Source of the DNA: Somniosus microcephalus
Taxonomy: Eukaryota
Length of the DNA stretch: 64,000 nucleotides
Reading direction: 5' to 3'
Assembly: GCA_052327205.1 (NCBI GenBank)
Contig: CM126233.1
Location: 10,540,001 to 10,604,000 of the forward strand
The position numbers were made by a program, and so were the translations under genes. The notes under the pieces were generated by a model. The model was not told where the DNA came from and searched no databases. It worked only from the letters and a program-made list of their open reading frames with translations. Below are positions 35,001 to 46,036 of the stretch, piece by piece; positions within the stretch are counted from its first letter, which is position 1; each line of letters begins with the position of its first letter.

Positions 35001-35600
35001 TGGAAAGCAGTCACTCTAGCTCTAAGAACCAAGGGCCTCCCTATCTCCCGCTGGCAGGAAGTCCTCTCGGATGTGCTCCATTCGATACGGTCGCTATTGT
35101 GTACTGCCACTAATGCCACGCCTCATGAACGAATGTTTGTCTTTCCCCGGAAATCCACCTCAGGCGTATCCATGCCGTCATGGCTCTCCACCCCAGGTCC
35201 GGTATTCGTGCCAAGGCATGTGAGGGGCCACAAGACGGACCCTCTCGTGGAGCCAGTGTACCTACTCCACGCCAACCCCCAATACGCATATGTCCGGCAC
35301 GCCGACGGAAGGGAGGACACCGTGTCCATAAAAGACGTCGCCCCAGCCGGTAACGACAACAACCACGGCGATAGCAGCGACAACGATCGCAGCAACCCTT
35401 ACCCACCCACTACTCTTTCATCACCCCCGGAAGAACATCGACCAATGGCACCCCCACCAACTACCCTTTCAACAACCCTGGCGGCACCCCCGGCAGAGAC
35501 TCAGGAGGCCCCCGGGGACACCCAGCCGACACCCGCGACACCACATCAGCCACGTCGGTCGCAGAGGACTACCAAACCCCCAGACAGACTAAATCTATAG
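31935..35600 (+). CDS. Gypsy gag-pol polyprotein
   Basis: 1221 aa with two zinc knuckles (CYFCG...H...C; CFKCGKKGHFGKVC), protease LIDSGS, RT IDLKSAYHQ / VPFG / YLDN, RNase H ESDAS...EKEA...TDQ, integrase HHCC and IHTDRG...GNGQVE. Confidence 0.96.
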   Translation: MYGILPGQFRSRQRRYGILRNWVSHRVYPLIQDADTYLAACDILKAHYQQPTNEVYARHLLATRAQRPGESVEEFLGTLKMLGKDCKCRDVKAAVYTDELVRDAFITGLSSTYIRQRLLEKTGLDLKQAADTARSLEVAQRNSDAYSSARAVHAATCAPRAPPSWKASSPPGSPTPSGPRSPPRSPTAATRRGPNCYFCGQPKHTRNLCPAKGTTCFKCGKKGHFGKVCRGNPAGKPTAGKPATAACAPWERPSWTPSCPTSWGPPSYEQTAWTPSCLDQGPTVASVTVDQTRPHPLSKSMVDIEVNGCRVKCLIDSGSTESFIHPELAQQLSLKVVPTQGTISMADKTQTSTILGYCTVQLSVNGTVYDNFKVLIMKNLCASVILGLDFQCNHQSITLKYGGSQPPLTVCGLSTLKVKPPSLFANLTPNCRPIATKSRRYSWEDRRFIATEVDRLLKERIIERSNSPWRAQVVVVRGSKKKRMVIDYSQTINRYTRLDAYPLPRISEMVNQIAQYRVFSTIDLKSAYHQLPIRPEDRPYTAFEVNGRLYQFLRVPFGVTNGVSVFQREMDRMVDDHHLQATFPYLDNVTICGHNQQDHDSNLERFLETAQKLNLTYNEDKCVFNTTRLCILGSVVENGEIGPDPDRLRPLRELPLPNTPKALKRCLGLFSYYSQWVPNYSDKARPLLKASSFPLSAEAHAAFKSIKQDIEWATLQAVDENTPFQVESDASDFALAATLNQAGRPVAFFSRTLQGPEIRHSSVEKEAQAIVEAVRHWRHYLAGKRFTLLTDQRSVAFMFNNKQRGKIKNDEILRWRIELSTFEYDIIYRPGALNESPDALSQGMCASATGDRLQTLHNDLCHPGVTRLFHFIKSRNLPYSIEEVRSLTRNCRTCAECKPRFYRPDRAHLIKATRPFERLSLDFKGPLPSVDRNVYFLNIVDEYSRFPFAFPCPDMTSATVIKCLNSLFCLFGMPSYIHTDRGASFMSEELRQYMLSRGIATSRTTSYNPRGNGQVERENGTVWKAVTLALRTKGLPISRWQEVLSDVLHSIRSLLCTATNATPHERMFVFPRKSTSGVSMPSWLSTPGPVFVPRHVRGHKTDPLVEPVYLLHANPQYAYVRHADGREDTVSIKDVAPAGNDNNHGDSSDNDRSNPYPPTTLSSPPEEHRPMAPPPTTLSTTLAAPPAETQEAPGDTQPTPATPHQPRRSQRTTKPPDRLNL

Positions 35601-35610
35601 AAAGGGTGAA

Positions 35611-35939
35611 TGTGATGAAATATTCCATTCATCACTGCCTGTGACTGTGGTCGGTTTCAGGTTTCTCCTCACCATTGTATTGTATATCACTGCCTGTGAC
35701 TGTGGTTGGTTTCAGGTTTCTCCTCACCATTGTATTGTATATTGGAATGTATGGAATGCATTGTGTGTAGGGCTCCGCCCATACCTGGCCCCTATGTAAG
35801 CAAGCAGTCTGGCCTCATATCCAGTACTGCAGATCTCCAGATGGAAGATACCTCTCTCCACTGCGTGTTATCTTCTAAGTTAATAAAAGCCTTGTTTTGT
35901 TTCGCTAACATCGAGTCTCGGAATTATTGAGGCACATCA
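35611..35939 (+). repeat. 3' LTR of Gypsy-B
   Basis: Direct repeat of 31497-31825; both LTRs yield the same 74-aa ORF in the track. Confidence 0.95.
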
Positions 35940-36404
35940 CCTTCAATCAGAATTAACCCTCACAAGGTCCCATATTCCCATCACACCCCACCCTTTCCAT
36001 ATTCCCATCACACCCCACCCTTTCCAAACCCTCTCCAAGATCACTGTCCTTGCTTTCTTGGCCTCACTCCAGCCATACAGCCCTGAAAATCTTTCAGCGA
36101 CTATGGCCTTACTCCACTATGGAACCTCCTCCCTAAGTCTATCTTACCAATCTCCCTCCTATGTTCAAAAGCCTCCTTAAAGCCCTTCTCTTTGGCAGTG
36201 CCATTGACCTATCCACCTCTGCTTTCCTGACTTTCTCCTTCTCTGTGTCAATGATTTTTTCCATCTTTGTGCAGCACTTTGAGACATCACTCTGGATGTG
36301 AGGATCTGTATAGGAGCGCACGTTGTTGTTGTAGTATCCAGGGAATCTCCAGCATTGAGGTGCGAAACATCATGGATCATCGGTCAGTGCACCTGATACC
36401 ACTT

Positions 36405-37140
36405 TCCCTCCTGTCTCACATACACTCAGTCTCTCACTGTCTCACATTCTGTGTCTCACTGTCTCATACTCAGTCTCTCACTGTCTCACTCTCTCAGTCT
36501 CTCCTGTCGCATACACACTCACTGTCTCACTCTCAGTGTCTCACCCAATCTTACAGTCTCACACTCTGTCTCTCCTGTTGACACACTCTCTTGTCTCTCA
36601 CACTCTACCGTCTCTCACACTCTCACTGTCTCACTCTCTGTTTCTCCTGTCGCATACACACTCACTGTCTCACTCTCAGTGTCTCACCCAATCGCACACT
36701 CTCAGTCTCTCCTGTCGACACACTCTCTTGTCTCTCACACTGTGTCTCACACACTCTACCGTCTCTCACACTCTCACTCTCTCCTGTCGCATACACTCTC
36801 ACTGTCTCACTCTCAGTGTCTCACCCAATCTCACAGTCTCACACTCTCAGTCTCTCCTGTTGACACACACTCTGTGTCTCACACACTCTACCGCCTCTCA
36901 CACTCTACCGTCTCTCCTGTTTTTCACACTCTCAGTGTTTCTCACACACTCTCAGTCCCCTTCCATTCTCTGTCTTGGACTTTTTCACACTACTTCCATC
37001 TTCTGCTTTTCTCATACTCTCAATTTCTTTCTCAAAATATATTTTTTCTCCTACTCTCTTGTGATCTCTCTCACCCTCATGTTTTCTCTTCCCGATTCTC
37101 TTATGCTTGCACTCTCTCTCTCTATCTCTCTTGTACTCTT
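36405..37140. repeat. Low-complexity (TC/CA) composite minisatellite
   Basis: Recurring CTCCTGTCGCATACAC and CTCAGTGTCTCACCCAATC blocks. Confidence 0.85.
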
Positions 37141-37141
37141 A

Positions 37142-38090
37142 GGCCAGGATTTTCATTGGGCCGTGTCTAATGGTCCCGACTCCGTCCCGCCTCCAACAGG
37201 CGGGATAGGTTGTTAAGGCCCTTAACAAGCACTAAATAGCCTCTATAATCCTATTTTGAAAGGCCCTTGCGAATTTAACCCTTTTCCCACGTGAAACACG
37301 CCTGGTGGGAAACACGACGTTGAAACTTGGCAGGAGCACTATTTGATTGCTGACTATCAGCTGCAGGTCAACCATTAAAGAGGAGATTTGATCAGCCATC
37401 ATTTGCAGGTGGCTGGACGTTGTTGTTTCAGGTCTGGGGGAACTTTTAGAAGGCATAACCACAGCTGTGGAAGTTTGGAGCCTGACACCCATCTCCAGTG
37501 TGACCTCCTGGGAAACCCCTCTCGCCACCTTCACTCAGCGCTTCCTCAACTGAGGCATATACCAGAAGCATGGGAGCCATTTATTTCCTTCCCTTCTGAG
37601 CATTAGATGAGCTCGAGCACCAGCCGCGGCACCAGCAGAACCAGGAACAACAGCAGCATCAGCAGCAGCAGCAGGAGCGCCAAGCTGCTGCTCACTCACC
37701 TGAAGCTGCACAGGCCAGAAGGCGCCAGCCCATGGAAGCCTGTTGGCGCAGGTTGTTGCTGTTGGGGTAATCCTTCTTTCAGGTTAACCTGCCGTTGAGA
37801 TCCTATTGCCGTTAAAGGATCCTGCGTTGCCTCAATCTATGAGGGCCTCGCCTGACTCCTGGGGGCACCTAATATGGCTGAAAAATAAGATATGTAAAAA
37901 TCACAGCCGAGTGGGAACGAAATTTGATTTTGCGCGATAGTGTAAAATGTGTAATAACGAATCGGCAGCCTGGTTTACATCTCTCCCAGTTTTTATTGAA
38001 GTCAATGGAAATAAAGTTGGGAGAAATATAAAATGGGCTGACAATTTGCTAGCGTCCATTTTACACGGTCATACAAAGACAAAATTACCT
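37142..38090. mobile_element. Harbinger-derived non-autonomous element(s), composite
   Basis: Begins TTA|GGCCAGGATTTTC; contains an ATGGGAGCC...(CAG)n segment resembling the transposase start at 25890; ends in a TIR-like AAAATTACCTCC. Confidence 0.45.
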
Positions 38091-38244
38091 CCACTCCATT
38101 TTAACTGCCCCTTTTGCCCTGTTTCCACCTATGTTTTCTCAAATGATTTCAAGTTACATCCCTGTTCAAAAAAGGGGAGAGAGATAAACCAGGCAACTGC
38201 AGCCCGGTCATCCTAATGTTGTTGGTGGGGAAACTTTAATCTTT

Positions 38245-38307
38245 CTTCTTAGGATTTGTAAGCAGCTCACATAATCGCTGGATAGTGAAGGGAATACCTG
38301 TAAGCCC
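38245..38307 (-). pseudogene. PPP4R2: Short fragment of protein phosphatase 4 regulatory subunit 2 coding sequence
   Basis: Translates GLTGIPFTIQRLCELLTNPKK, matching the conserved PPP4R2 motif GIPFTIQRLCELLTDP; flanked by CR1 and L2 pieces. Confidence 0.75.
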
Positions 38308-38320
38308 ATGGAGGGATATG

Positions 38321-38685
38321 TCCCTCCCTTTCTCTGTAACCTTCTCCAGCCCTATAAGACTTCGAGATCTCTGCGTTCCTCCAATTCTGGCCTCTTGCGC
38401 ATCCCCGATTTTAATCGCTTCACCATTGGCAGCCGTACTTTCAGCTGCCTTGGCCCTAAGCTCTGGAATTCCCTCCCTAAACCTTTCCGCCTCTCTACCT
38501 CTCTCTCCTACTTTAAGATGCTCCTTAAAACCTACCTCTTTGTCCAAGCTTCTGGTCACCTGTCCTGATATATCCTTCTGTGGCTTGGTGTCAATAAATG
38601 TTTTTATTGATATCGCTCTTATTAAGCGCCTTGCGACATTTTGCTACATTAAATGTGCTATATAAATGTATGTTGCTGTCATTGT
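38321..38685 (+). mobile_element. L2-like 3' fragment
   Basis: LCNLLQPY...RSLRSSNSGLL...KLWNSLP...LKTYLF and the L2 tail. Confidence 0.82.
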
Positions 38686-38694
38686 GGTTCTGCT

Positions 38695-41600
38695 TGATGG
38701 GACAGTGTAGAGGGAGCTTTACTCTGTATCTAACCCATGCTGTACCTGCCCTGGGAGTGTTTGATGGGACAATGTAGAGGGAGCTTTACTCGGTATCTAA
38801 CCCGTGCTGTACCTGCCCTGAGAATGTTTGATGGGACAGTGTAGAGGGAGCGTTACTCTGTACCTAACCCGTGCAGTGCCTGTCCTGGTAGTGGTTGAAC
38901 AGGCAGTGTTGAGGGAGTTTTACTCTGTATCTAACCTATGCTGTACCTGCCCTGGGAGTGTTTGATGGGACAATGTAGAGGGAGCTTTACTCGGTATCTA
39001 ACCCGTGCTGTACCTGCCCTGGGAGTGTTTGATGGGACAATGTAGAGGGAGCTTTACTCGGTATCTAACCCGTGCTTTACCTGCCCTGAGAATGTTTGAT
39101 GGGACAGTATAGAGGGAGCGTTACTCTGTACCTAACCCATGCAGTGCCTGTCCTGGTAGTGGTTGAACAGGCAGTGTTGAGGGAGTTTTACTCTGTATCT
39201 AACCTATGCTGTACCTGCCCTGGGAGTGTTTGATGGGATAGAGTAGAGGGAGCTTTACTCTGTATCTAACCTATGCTGTACCTGCCCTGGGAGTGTTTGA
39301 TGGGACCGTGTAGAGGGAGCTTTTCTCTGTATCTAACCCGTGCTGTACCTGCCCTGGGAGTGTTTGATGGGACCGTGTAGAGGGAGCTTTTCTCTGTATC
39401 TAACCCGTGCTGTACCTGTGCTGAGAGTGTTTGATGGGTCAATGTACACAAGGCCCTAAAACTCTCTGCCTCTCTTTCCTCCTTTAAGATTCTCCTTAAA
39501 ACCTACCTCTTTGACCTTTTGGTCATGTGCCCTAATATCTCCCTATGTGGCTCGGTGTCAAATTTTGTTTTATAATGCTCCTGTGAAGCACCTTGGGACG
39601 TTGTACTAAGTTAAAGGCACTATATAAATACAAGTATCTAACCCGTGCTGTACCTGCCCTGGAGTGTTTGATGGGACAGTGTAAAAGGAGCTTTATAAGA
39701 ACATAAAAATTAGGAGCATGAGTTGGCCATATGGCCCTTTGGGCCTGCTCCGCCATTCAATAAGATCACGGCTGATCTTCAACCTCAACTCCACGTTCCC
39801 ACCTGATCCCCATATCCTTTCATGCCCCTAGATTCCAAAATCTATCTATCTCAGCTTTGAATATACTCAACGACTCAGCATCCACAGCCCTTTGAGGTAG
39901 AGAATTCCAGAGATTCACAACCCTCTGAGTGAAGAAATTCCTCCTCATCTGAGTCTTAAATGACCGACCCCTTAACCTGAGACTATGCCCCTAGTTCTAG
40001 ACTCTCCAGCCAGTGGAAACAACCTCGCAGCATCTACCCTGTCAATCCCTCTCAGAATCTTATATGTTTCAATGAGATCACCTCTCATTCTTCTAAACTC
40101 CAGAGTATAGGCCCAATCTATTCAATATCTCATAGGACAACCATCTCATCCCAGAGATCAATCTAGTGAACCTTTGTTGCACTGCCTCTAAGGCATGTAT
40201 GTCCTTTCTCAGATAAGGAGACCAAAACTGCACAGTTCTCCAGGTGTGGTCTCAAAAAGCCCTGTACAATTGTAGAAAGACTTCCTTACTCTTATACTCC
40301 AACCCCCTTGCAATAAAGGCCAACATGCCATTTACCTTCCTAATTGCTTGCTGTACCTGCATGCTAACTTTCTGTGTTTCCTGTACGAGGACACCTAAAT
40401 CTGTGAACACCAACATTTAATAGTTTCTCACCATTTAAAAATATTGTTTTTCTATTCTTCCTACTAAAGTAAATAACCTTACATTTCCCCACATTAGACT
40501 CCATCTGCCACCCCATTGCCCACTCACTTAACCTGTCTATACCCCTTTGCAGGCTCTTTGTGTCCTCCTCACAACTTACTTTCCTACCTAGCTTTGTATC
40601 GTCTGCAAACTTGGATACATTGCTCTCGGTCCCTTCATCTAAGTCATTAATATAGATGTAAATAGCTGAGGCCCAAGCACTGATCCTTGTGGCACCCCAC
40701 TAGTTACAGCCTGCCAACCTGCGTGTAGAGGGAGCTTTACTCTGTATCTAACCTGTGTTGTACCTGCCCTAGGAGTGTTTGATGGGATAGAGTAGAGGGA
40801 GCTTTACTCTGTATCTAACCCATGCTGTACCTGCCCTAGGAGTGTTTGATGGGATAGAGTAGAGGGAGCTTTACTCTGTATCTAACCTGTGCTGTACATC
40901 CCTGGGAGTACTTGATGGGACAATGTAGAGGGAGCTTTACTCTGTATCTAACCCGTGCTGTACCTGCCCTAGAAGTGTTTGATGGGACAATGTAGAGGGA
41001 GTTTTACTCTGTATCTAACCCATGCTGTACCTGCCCTGGGAGTGTTTGATGGTACAGTGTAGAGGGAGCTTTACTCTGTATCTAACCCATGCTGTACCTG
41101 CCCTGGGAGTGTTTGACGGGACAGTGCAGAGGGAGCTTTACTCTGTATCTAACCCATGCTGTACCTGCCCTAGGAGTGTTTGACGGGACAGTGTAGAGGG
41201 AGCTTTACTCTGTATCTAACCCATGCTGTACCTACCCTGGGAGTGTTTGATGGGACAGTGTAGAGGGAGCTTTACTCGGTATCTAACCCGTGCTGTACCT
41301 GCCCTAGAAGTGTTTGATGGGACAATGTAGAGGGAGTTTTACTCTGTATCTAACCCATGCTGTACCTGCCCTGGGAGTGTTTGATGGTACAGTGTAGAGG
41401 GAGCTATACTCTGTATCTAACCTGTGTTGTACCTGCCGTAGGAGTGTTTGATGTGACAGTATAGAGGGAGCTTTACTCTGTATCTAACCTGTGCTGTACG
41501 TGACCTGGGAGTGTTTGATGGGGACAGTGTAGGGGGAGCCTTACTCTGTATCTAACCCCTGCTGTACCTGCCCTGGGAGTGTTTGATGGGACAGTGTAGA

Positions 41601-41765
41601 GTGAGCTTTACTCTGTATCTAACCCGTGCTGTACCTGCCCTGGGAACGTTTGGTGGGACAGTGTAGAGGGAGCTTTACTCTGTATCTAACCAGTGCTGTA
41701 CCTGCCCTGGGAGTGTTTGATGGGACAGTGTAGTGGGAGCTTTACTATGTAACCAATGCTGTATA
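38695..41765. repeat. 67-bp tandem repeat array, interrupted by L2 (39452-39634) and CR1 (39696-40720) fragments
   Basis: Unit GGGACAGTGTAGAGGGAGCTTTACTCTGTATCTAACCCGTGCTGTACCTGCCCTGGGAGTGTTTGAT with period 67 (38699 to 38766); blocks at 38695-39450, 39635-39695 and 40725-41765. Confidence 0.95.
39696..40720 (-). mobile_element. CR1 3' portion (RT end plus 3' UTR)
   Basis: ATAAGAACATAA tail; antisense of SKFADDTK (GTATCGTCTGCAAACTTGG) and SGVPQGSVLG. Confidence 0.88.
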
Positions 41766-42009
41766 TGAAAGGCCATTGATGAGGTCCCTCTGACACCATC
41801 CAGCCTCACTTTTAATATGATTAATGCTTTGCCTCTACTTCCCCAGCCAGTGATTGATACAAATAGCATCTGTTCCCCAAAATCTGTTTAAAACTATATC
41901 AACTGATGTCATTCTTGTTGCACTCTCTCCACCATGTTTGCTGTCTGAAAACTGGTATTAAACACGATGCTCCAAAAACAATCAGAGCTGGGAGTGCCTG
42001 ATGCTCACA

Positions 42010-42295
42010 TCGGGTTAAGAGGAGATCTGACAGAGGAGTTCAAAATAATGAATACCTTTTTTAATAAGATAAATAGAGCAAAAACTATTTGCACTGGTCG
42101 GTGAGTTAGTAACTAGATCATCACTAGCAGAACAAAGACAGAGGTTAGAATATTATTTTCATATGCAGAGGGTTGTTTCAACACGGAAAAAGGGAAGTAG
42201 CTAAACGGGATGTGACTAAATGGCTAGCTCATTCAGAGAGCTAGCACAGGTGTGATGGGCTGAATGGGCCCATTCTGTGCTGTAAATTTATAAGA
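42010..42295 (+). mobile_element. Old CR1 3' fragment
   Basis: TTAAGAGGAGATCTGACAGAG...GATGGGCTGAATGG...TTCTGTGCTGTA. Confidence 0.65.
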
Positions 42296-42379
42296 TTTAG
42301 ATTGAAGCCAATATAGAAGCTGCCTATGCCATGCATAGCTATTTATTGTTTTTATTTACTTATTTCTAGCTTAAATATA

Positions 42380-43007
42380 GGGTGCTAAATTTGGTTGATT
42401 TGTGCCTCCCATTAGGTGCTAACGGGGCGCAAATCAACTAGCGCCTGGGCGCGGCGCCGCTAACGCCGCCCGTGAAATTCAGCGGGAGGTTAGCGGCGGC
42501 GCTAACCGTTAGCGCTGCCGGCGATGACGTCATCGCCGTGCGCAGCGCCCCGGATGTAATATTGGGTGCCGCCCCCCGACTTACCACCGGATGTTATGTC
42601 CGCCGGGATCAGGGGGGCCTACCTGCGACCGGGGCGGCGCTAGTTAAAGGGGAGATGGCGGGTGGCCATTTTTGTTGCTAGCCGCCTGCCAGCACCTGCC
42701 CCCGTTGCTGTCCCCGGCCCCCGTGAAGCCCCCCGCGGGATGCCGTCTGCTCTCCGTGAGCCCGGCACTCCCGATCCCTGGTGGCCCAGCTGGGCGCCGG
42801 GACGTGCTGCGCCAGGCCCCTTCCCTTTAATAAGGGGAGGAAGGCCTGCAGTACCATGGCACGTAGCACCCCGATATTGGCTCGCAGCGCCCTAAGAGGG
42901 ACTCGGGGTGCTTCCAGTAGCGCCCCTCCTCCCTCTCAGGGCGCTACCTGGGAAAATCGGCCACGGGAACGCTAACTTTTTCGGGGCGCTAAAATTATTG
43001 TTACCCC
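42380..43007. mobile_element. GC-rich Harbinger-type MITE related to 17115-17907, in the opposite orientation
   Basis: Imperfect TIRs GGGTGCTAAATTT / AATTATTGTTACCCC; dense GGCGCTA/TAGCGCC motifs. Confidence 0.62.
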
Positions 43008-44004
43008 TAAGACGTTTAAATACTGTTGCATGGAGGTCCTTGCCATTGTATGGTGGCCAGAATTGTGCTCAGTAATCTGGCTGTGACCGTATCATCCTCA
43101 TTGGCTCCAAGTTTCTTTCCCCCCTTCCTTCAGACTGAACACAAGTCAAGCAGACTGCGCTGTGCCTAACCTGCCCTGATCCACTTGTATTTGTGAGTTC
43201 AGGGTATCTGCAGAGAGTCAACACACCCCAGGTGCAGACCTGAAGCACTGTCAATGGCACTGGCTTTCTCCAAGAACAGAAGTGCGCAGGCCCCCAGCCT
43301 GAGGATGTGATGGGTCCCTGGAGGGGGAAAGACCACTTAACTTTTTGACCTTCACAGCCTTGTTGCCTGCTCTCCCTCAGATTCTCCGACCTCAGTGGCT
43401 CAGGTTCAGGGGCAACTTGTTCTAGGTGGCACTCCCACCTCTATAACTGGAGGAAACAAGGCAGGAGAGCATTCTGGGCACTGACTGGGTCACAGGTACA
43501 CCTGCTCCCTCCTGCCCTCGATCCCCAGTATATCACTGGACATCATAAATGTGGGAGGGGATATCTGTCCTTTTTACTTCTGCCTTTCACCCAGGAACTG
43601 AGCATTCCCCGGACGCAAAAATGAGGGTAATTATCGCCTCCTGGGATTTGTGTTCTCCCCCTGCCCCCCAGCTCTACGTCCGAAGATCCGGGTAGCTGCT
43701 GCACACTGCACTGTTCGTTTCTATCCAGCAGTACCCCCAAGATCCCTCTCCTTAAACCAGGCCTCAGTGTTCCTGCCAGAGTTCTAAAGAAGCCCTCTAT
43801 GTGAAGACACTTGTAATCCCATCACTGTAAGCTGCTCGATGTGAGAGCACAGCTGGTAGTCATTGTGCTCATTTTGGAGCCTCTAACAACAACCAGGCCT
43901 TGTGTCCATCATTAAAACTTATTATGTTCCTATAACTTATGAGCAGTGACAGTTTGAAGAGCCCTGCACAAGTGAGCAGTGACAGCTTAAAAAGCACTGC
44001 ACAA

Positions 44005-44310
44005 GAGACCTCCCAAACCCGTGACCTCTACCACCTAGAAGGACAAGGGCAGCAGGCGCATGGGAACACCTCGAAGATCCCCTTGAAGTCACACTTCATG
44101 CTAACGTGGAAATATATCGCCGTTCCTTCATTGTCACTGGGTCAAAATCCTGGAACTCCCTCCCTAACAGCACTGTGGGAGTACCTTCACCACACGGACT
44201 GCAGCGGTTCAAGAAGGCGGCCCACCACCACCTTCTCAAGAGGCAACTAGGGATGGGCAATAAATGTTGGCCTTGCTTGCGACATCCACATCCCAAGAAT
44301 GAATTAAAAA
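44005..44310 (+). mobile_element. CR1-superfamily LINE 3' end
   Basis: SFIVTGSKSWNSLPNSTVGVPSPHGLQRFKKAAHHHLLK plus 3' UTR and A-rich tail. Confidence 0.82.
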
Positions 44311-44371
44311 AAACTGTCTGCCTGTTGTACTATCTTGGAGCTGTGGGGGGAGTGGAAGTATTCATTTGCTA

Positions 44372-45301
44372 ATAATAACAACTTGTATTTATATAGCGCC
44401 TTTAATGTAGTAAAACATCCCAAGGTGCTTGACAGGAGTGTGATAAGACAAAAATTAACACCGAGCCACATAAGAAATTAGGGCAGATGACCAAAAGCTT
44501 GGTCAAGGAGGTAGGTTTTAAGGAGCGTCTTAAAGGAGGAAAGCGAGAGAGGCGGAGAGGTTTAGGGAGGGAGTTTCAGAGCTTAGGGCCTAGGCAGCTG
44601 AAGGCACGACCACCAATGGTTGAGCGATTATATTCAGGGATGCTCAAGAGGGCAGAATTTGAGGAGCGCAGATATCTCGCGTGGTTGTGGGGCTGAAGGA
44701 GATTACAGAGATGGGGAGGGGCGAGGCCATGGAGGGATTTGAAAACAAGGATGAGAATTTTGAAATCAAGGCGTTGCTTAACTGGGAGCCAATGTAGGTC
44801 AGCGAACACAGGGGTGATGGGTGAATGGGACTTGGTGCGAGTTAGGACACGGGCAGCCGAGTTTTGGATGACCTCAAGTTTACGTAGGGTAGAACGTGGA
44901 GGTCAGCCAGGAGTGCGTTGGAATAGTCAAGTCTAGAGGTAACAAAGGCATGGATGAGGGTTTCAGCAGCAGATGAGCTGAGGCAGGGGCGGAGACGAGC
45001 AATGTTACGGAGGTGGAATTAGGCAGTCTTAGTTATGCCATGGATATGTGGTCGGAAGCTCATTTCAGGGTCAAATATGACACCAAGGTTGCGAACAGTC
45101 TGGTTCAGCCTCAGACAGATGTTAGGGAGAGGGATGGAGTTGGTGGCTAGGGAACGGAGTTTGTGGCGGGGCTCAAAGACAATGGCTTCGGTCTTCCCAA
45201 TATTTAATTGGAGAAAATTTCTGCTCAGTCGGACAAGCAGTGTGTCAATTTAGAGACTGTGGAGGGGTCGAGAGAGGTGTTGGTGAGTTAGAGCTGGGTG
45301 T
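44372..45301 (-). mobile_element. L2-like LINE, 3' part, split by Gypsy-A2
   Basis: ADLHWLPVKQRLDFKILILVFKSLHGLAP; tail AATAATAACAACTTGTATTTATATAG. Confidence 0.9.
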
Positions 45302-45351
45302 TGTATTGATTTCTTTGTGGGTTCAATGACGAGACATTTATGAAAGAGAAT

Positions 45352-46036
45352 GGCCTAGAAATTGGGTTTTGGCGCAGCAACGGCTTTAGCGCCGGAAGTT
45401 AGTGCCGGAGCTAAGTCGCGCTGGTCGGGCCAAAAATTCACTACTTCTGCGCCCAAACGGCTGCCGGCGCTGCTAAAAGCTGTTAGCGCCAGAAAACTGG
45501 CGCTATGCGCTGAATTTCGGCGCTATTCCGGCGCTGCGGCGCCCGCTGCGGTGCGGCAGGTTCGGGAAGTGCAGGCCTCCTCCTTCCCTTAAGGAGGACC
45601 TGCCTGCACCCGGCCGCGGCCCGCGATAATCTTATTAAAAATGAGCCCGGCACCTCGGACAAGTGCCGGGCTTGCTTCTGTTCCGGGGGGGGGGGGGGGA
45701 AGTCCGGGGAGGGAGCTGCGGCCAGGCGGGCGGCGGGAAAGCGGCCGGCCGCCGCGGGGCCTTTAATGCGCCGGCGCAAACTTGTGTAAGGCACCTCTGC
45801 CAGAACGTTGCTTGCGGCTGCAACGGGCGAGGCGGCCGCAAGTCAATTTCCCAGTTCGGGCGGGTTACCGTGGCAACCGGGACACTGCGCACACCGATGA
45901 CGTCATCGGTGCCGGCGCAGCGCTACCGGTCTACCGCGGCGGAAGGGCCCCAGGCAATTTAGGCGCCGGCGCCAATTGCAGCGCTAGGCCCTCTAGCGCC
46001 GCAAAATCGGCGCTAAGGGCACTGAATTTCTAGGCC
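45352..46036. mobile_element. Harbinger-type MITE (685 bp), perfect 12-bp TIR GGCCTAGAAATT, 3-bp TSD AAT
   Basis: The sister LTR shows the empty site (AGAGAATGTCTTTT); AAT at 45349-45351 and 46037-46039. Confidence 0.93.

Larger units (their letters stand above)
31497..35939 (+). mobile_element. Gypsy LTR retrotransposon B, full length, apparently identical 329-bp LTRs, TSD CCTTC
   Basis: LTRs 31497-31825 and 35611-35939 (TGTGATG...CACATCA). CCTTC at 31492-31496 and 35940-35944. PPT AGAAAGGGTGAA; no TGG-type tRNA PBS. Confidence 0.97.

Noticed and set aside
32075-35406. Many overlapping and antisense ORFs within Gypsy-B and other TEs
   Set aside because: These are shadow ORFs of GC-rich coding sequence with no recognisable motifs.
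36267-37216. Long Ser/Leu/His/Thr-rich ORFs as genes
   Set aside because: They are translations of a TC/CA low-complexity repeat that is open in several frames.
38695-41765. 67-bp periodic array as a CRISPR locus
   Set aside because: The whole unit repeats with no unique spacers, there are no cas genes, and the context is vertebrate-like.
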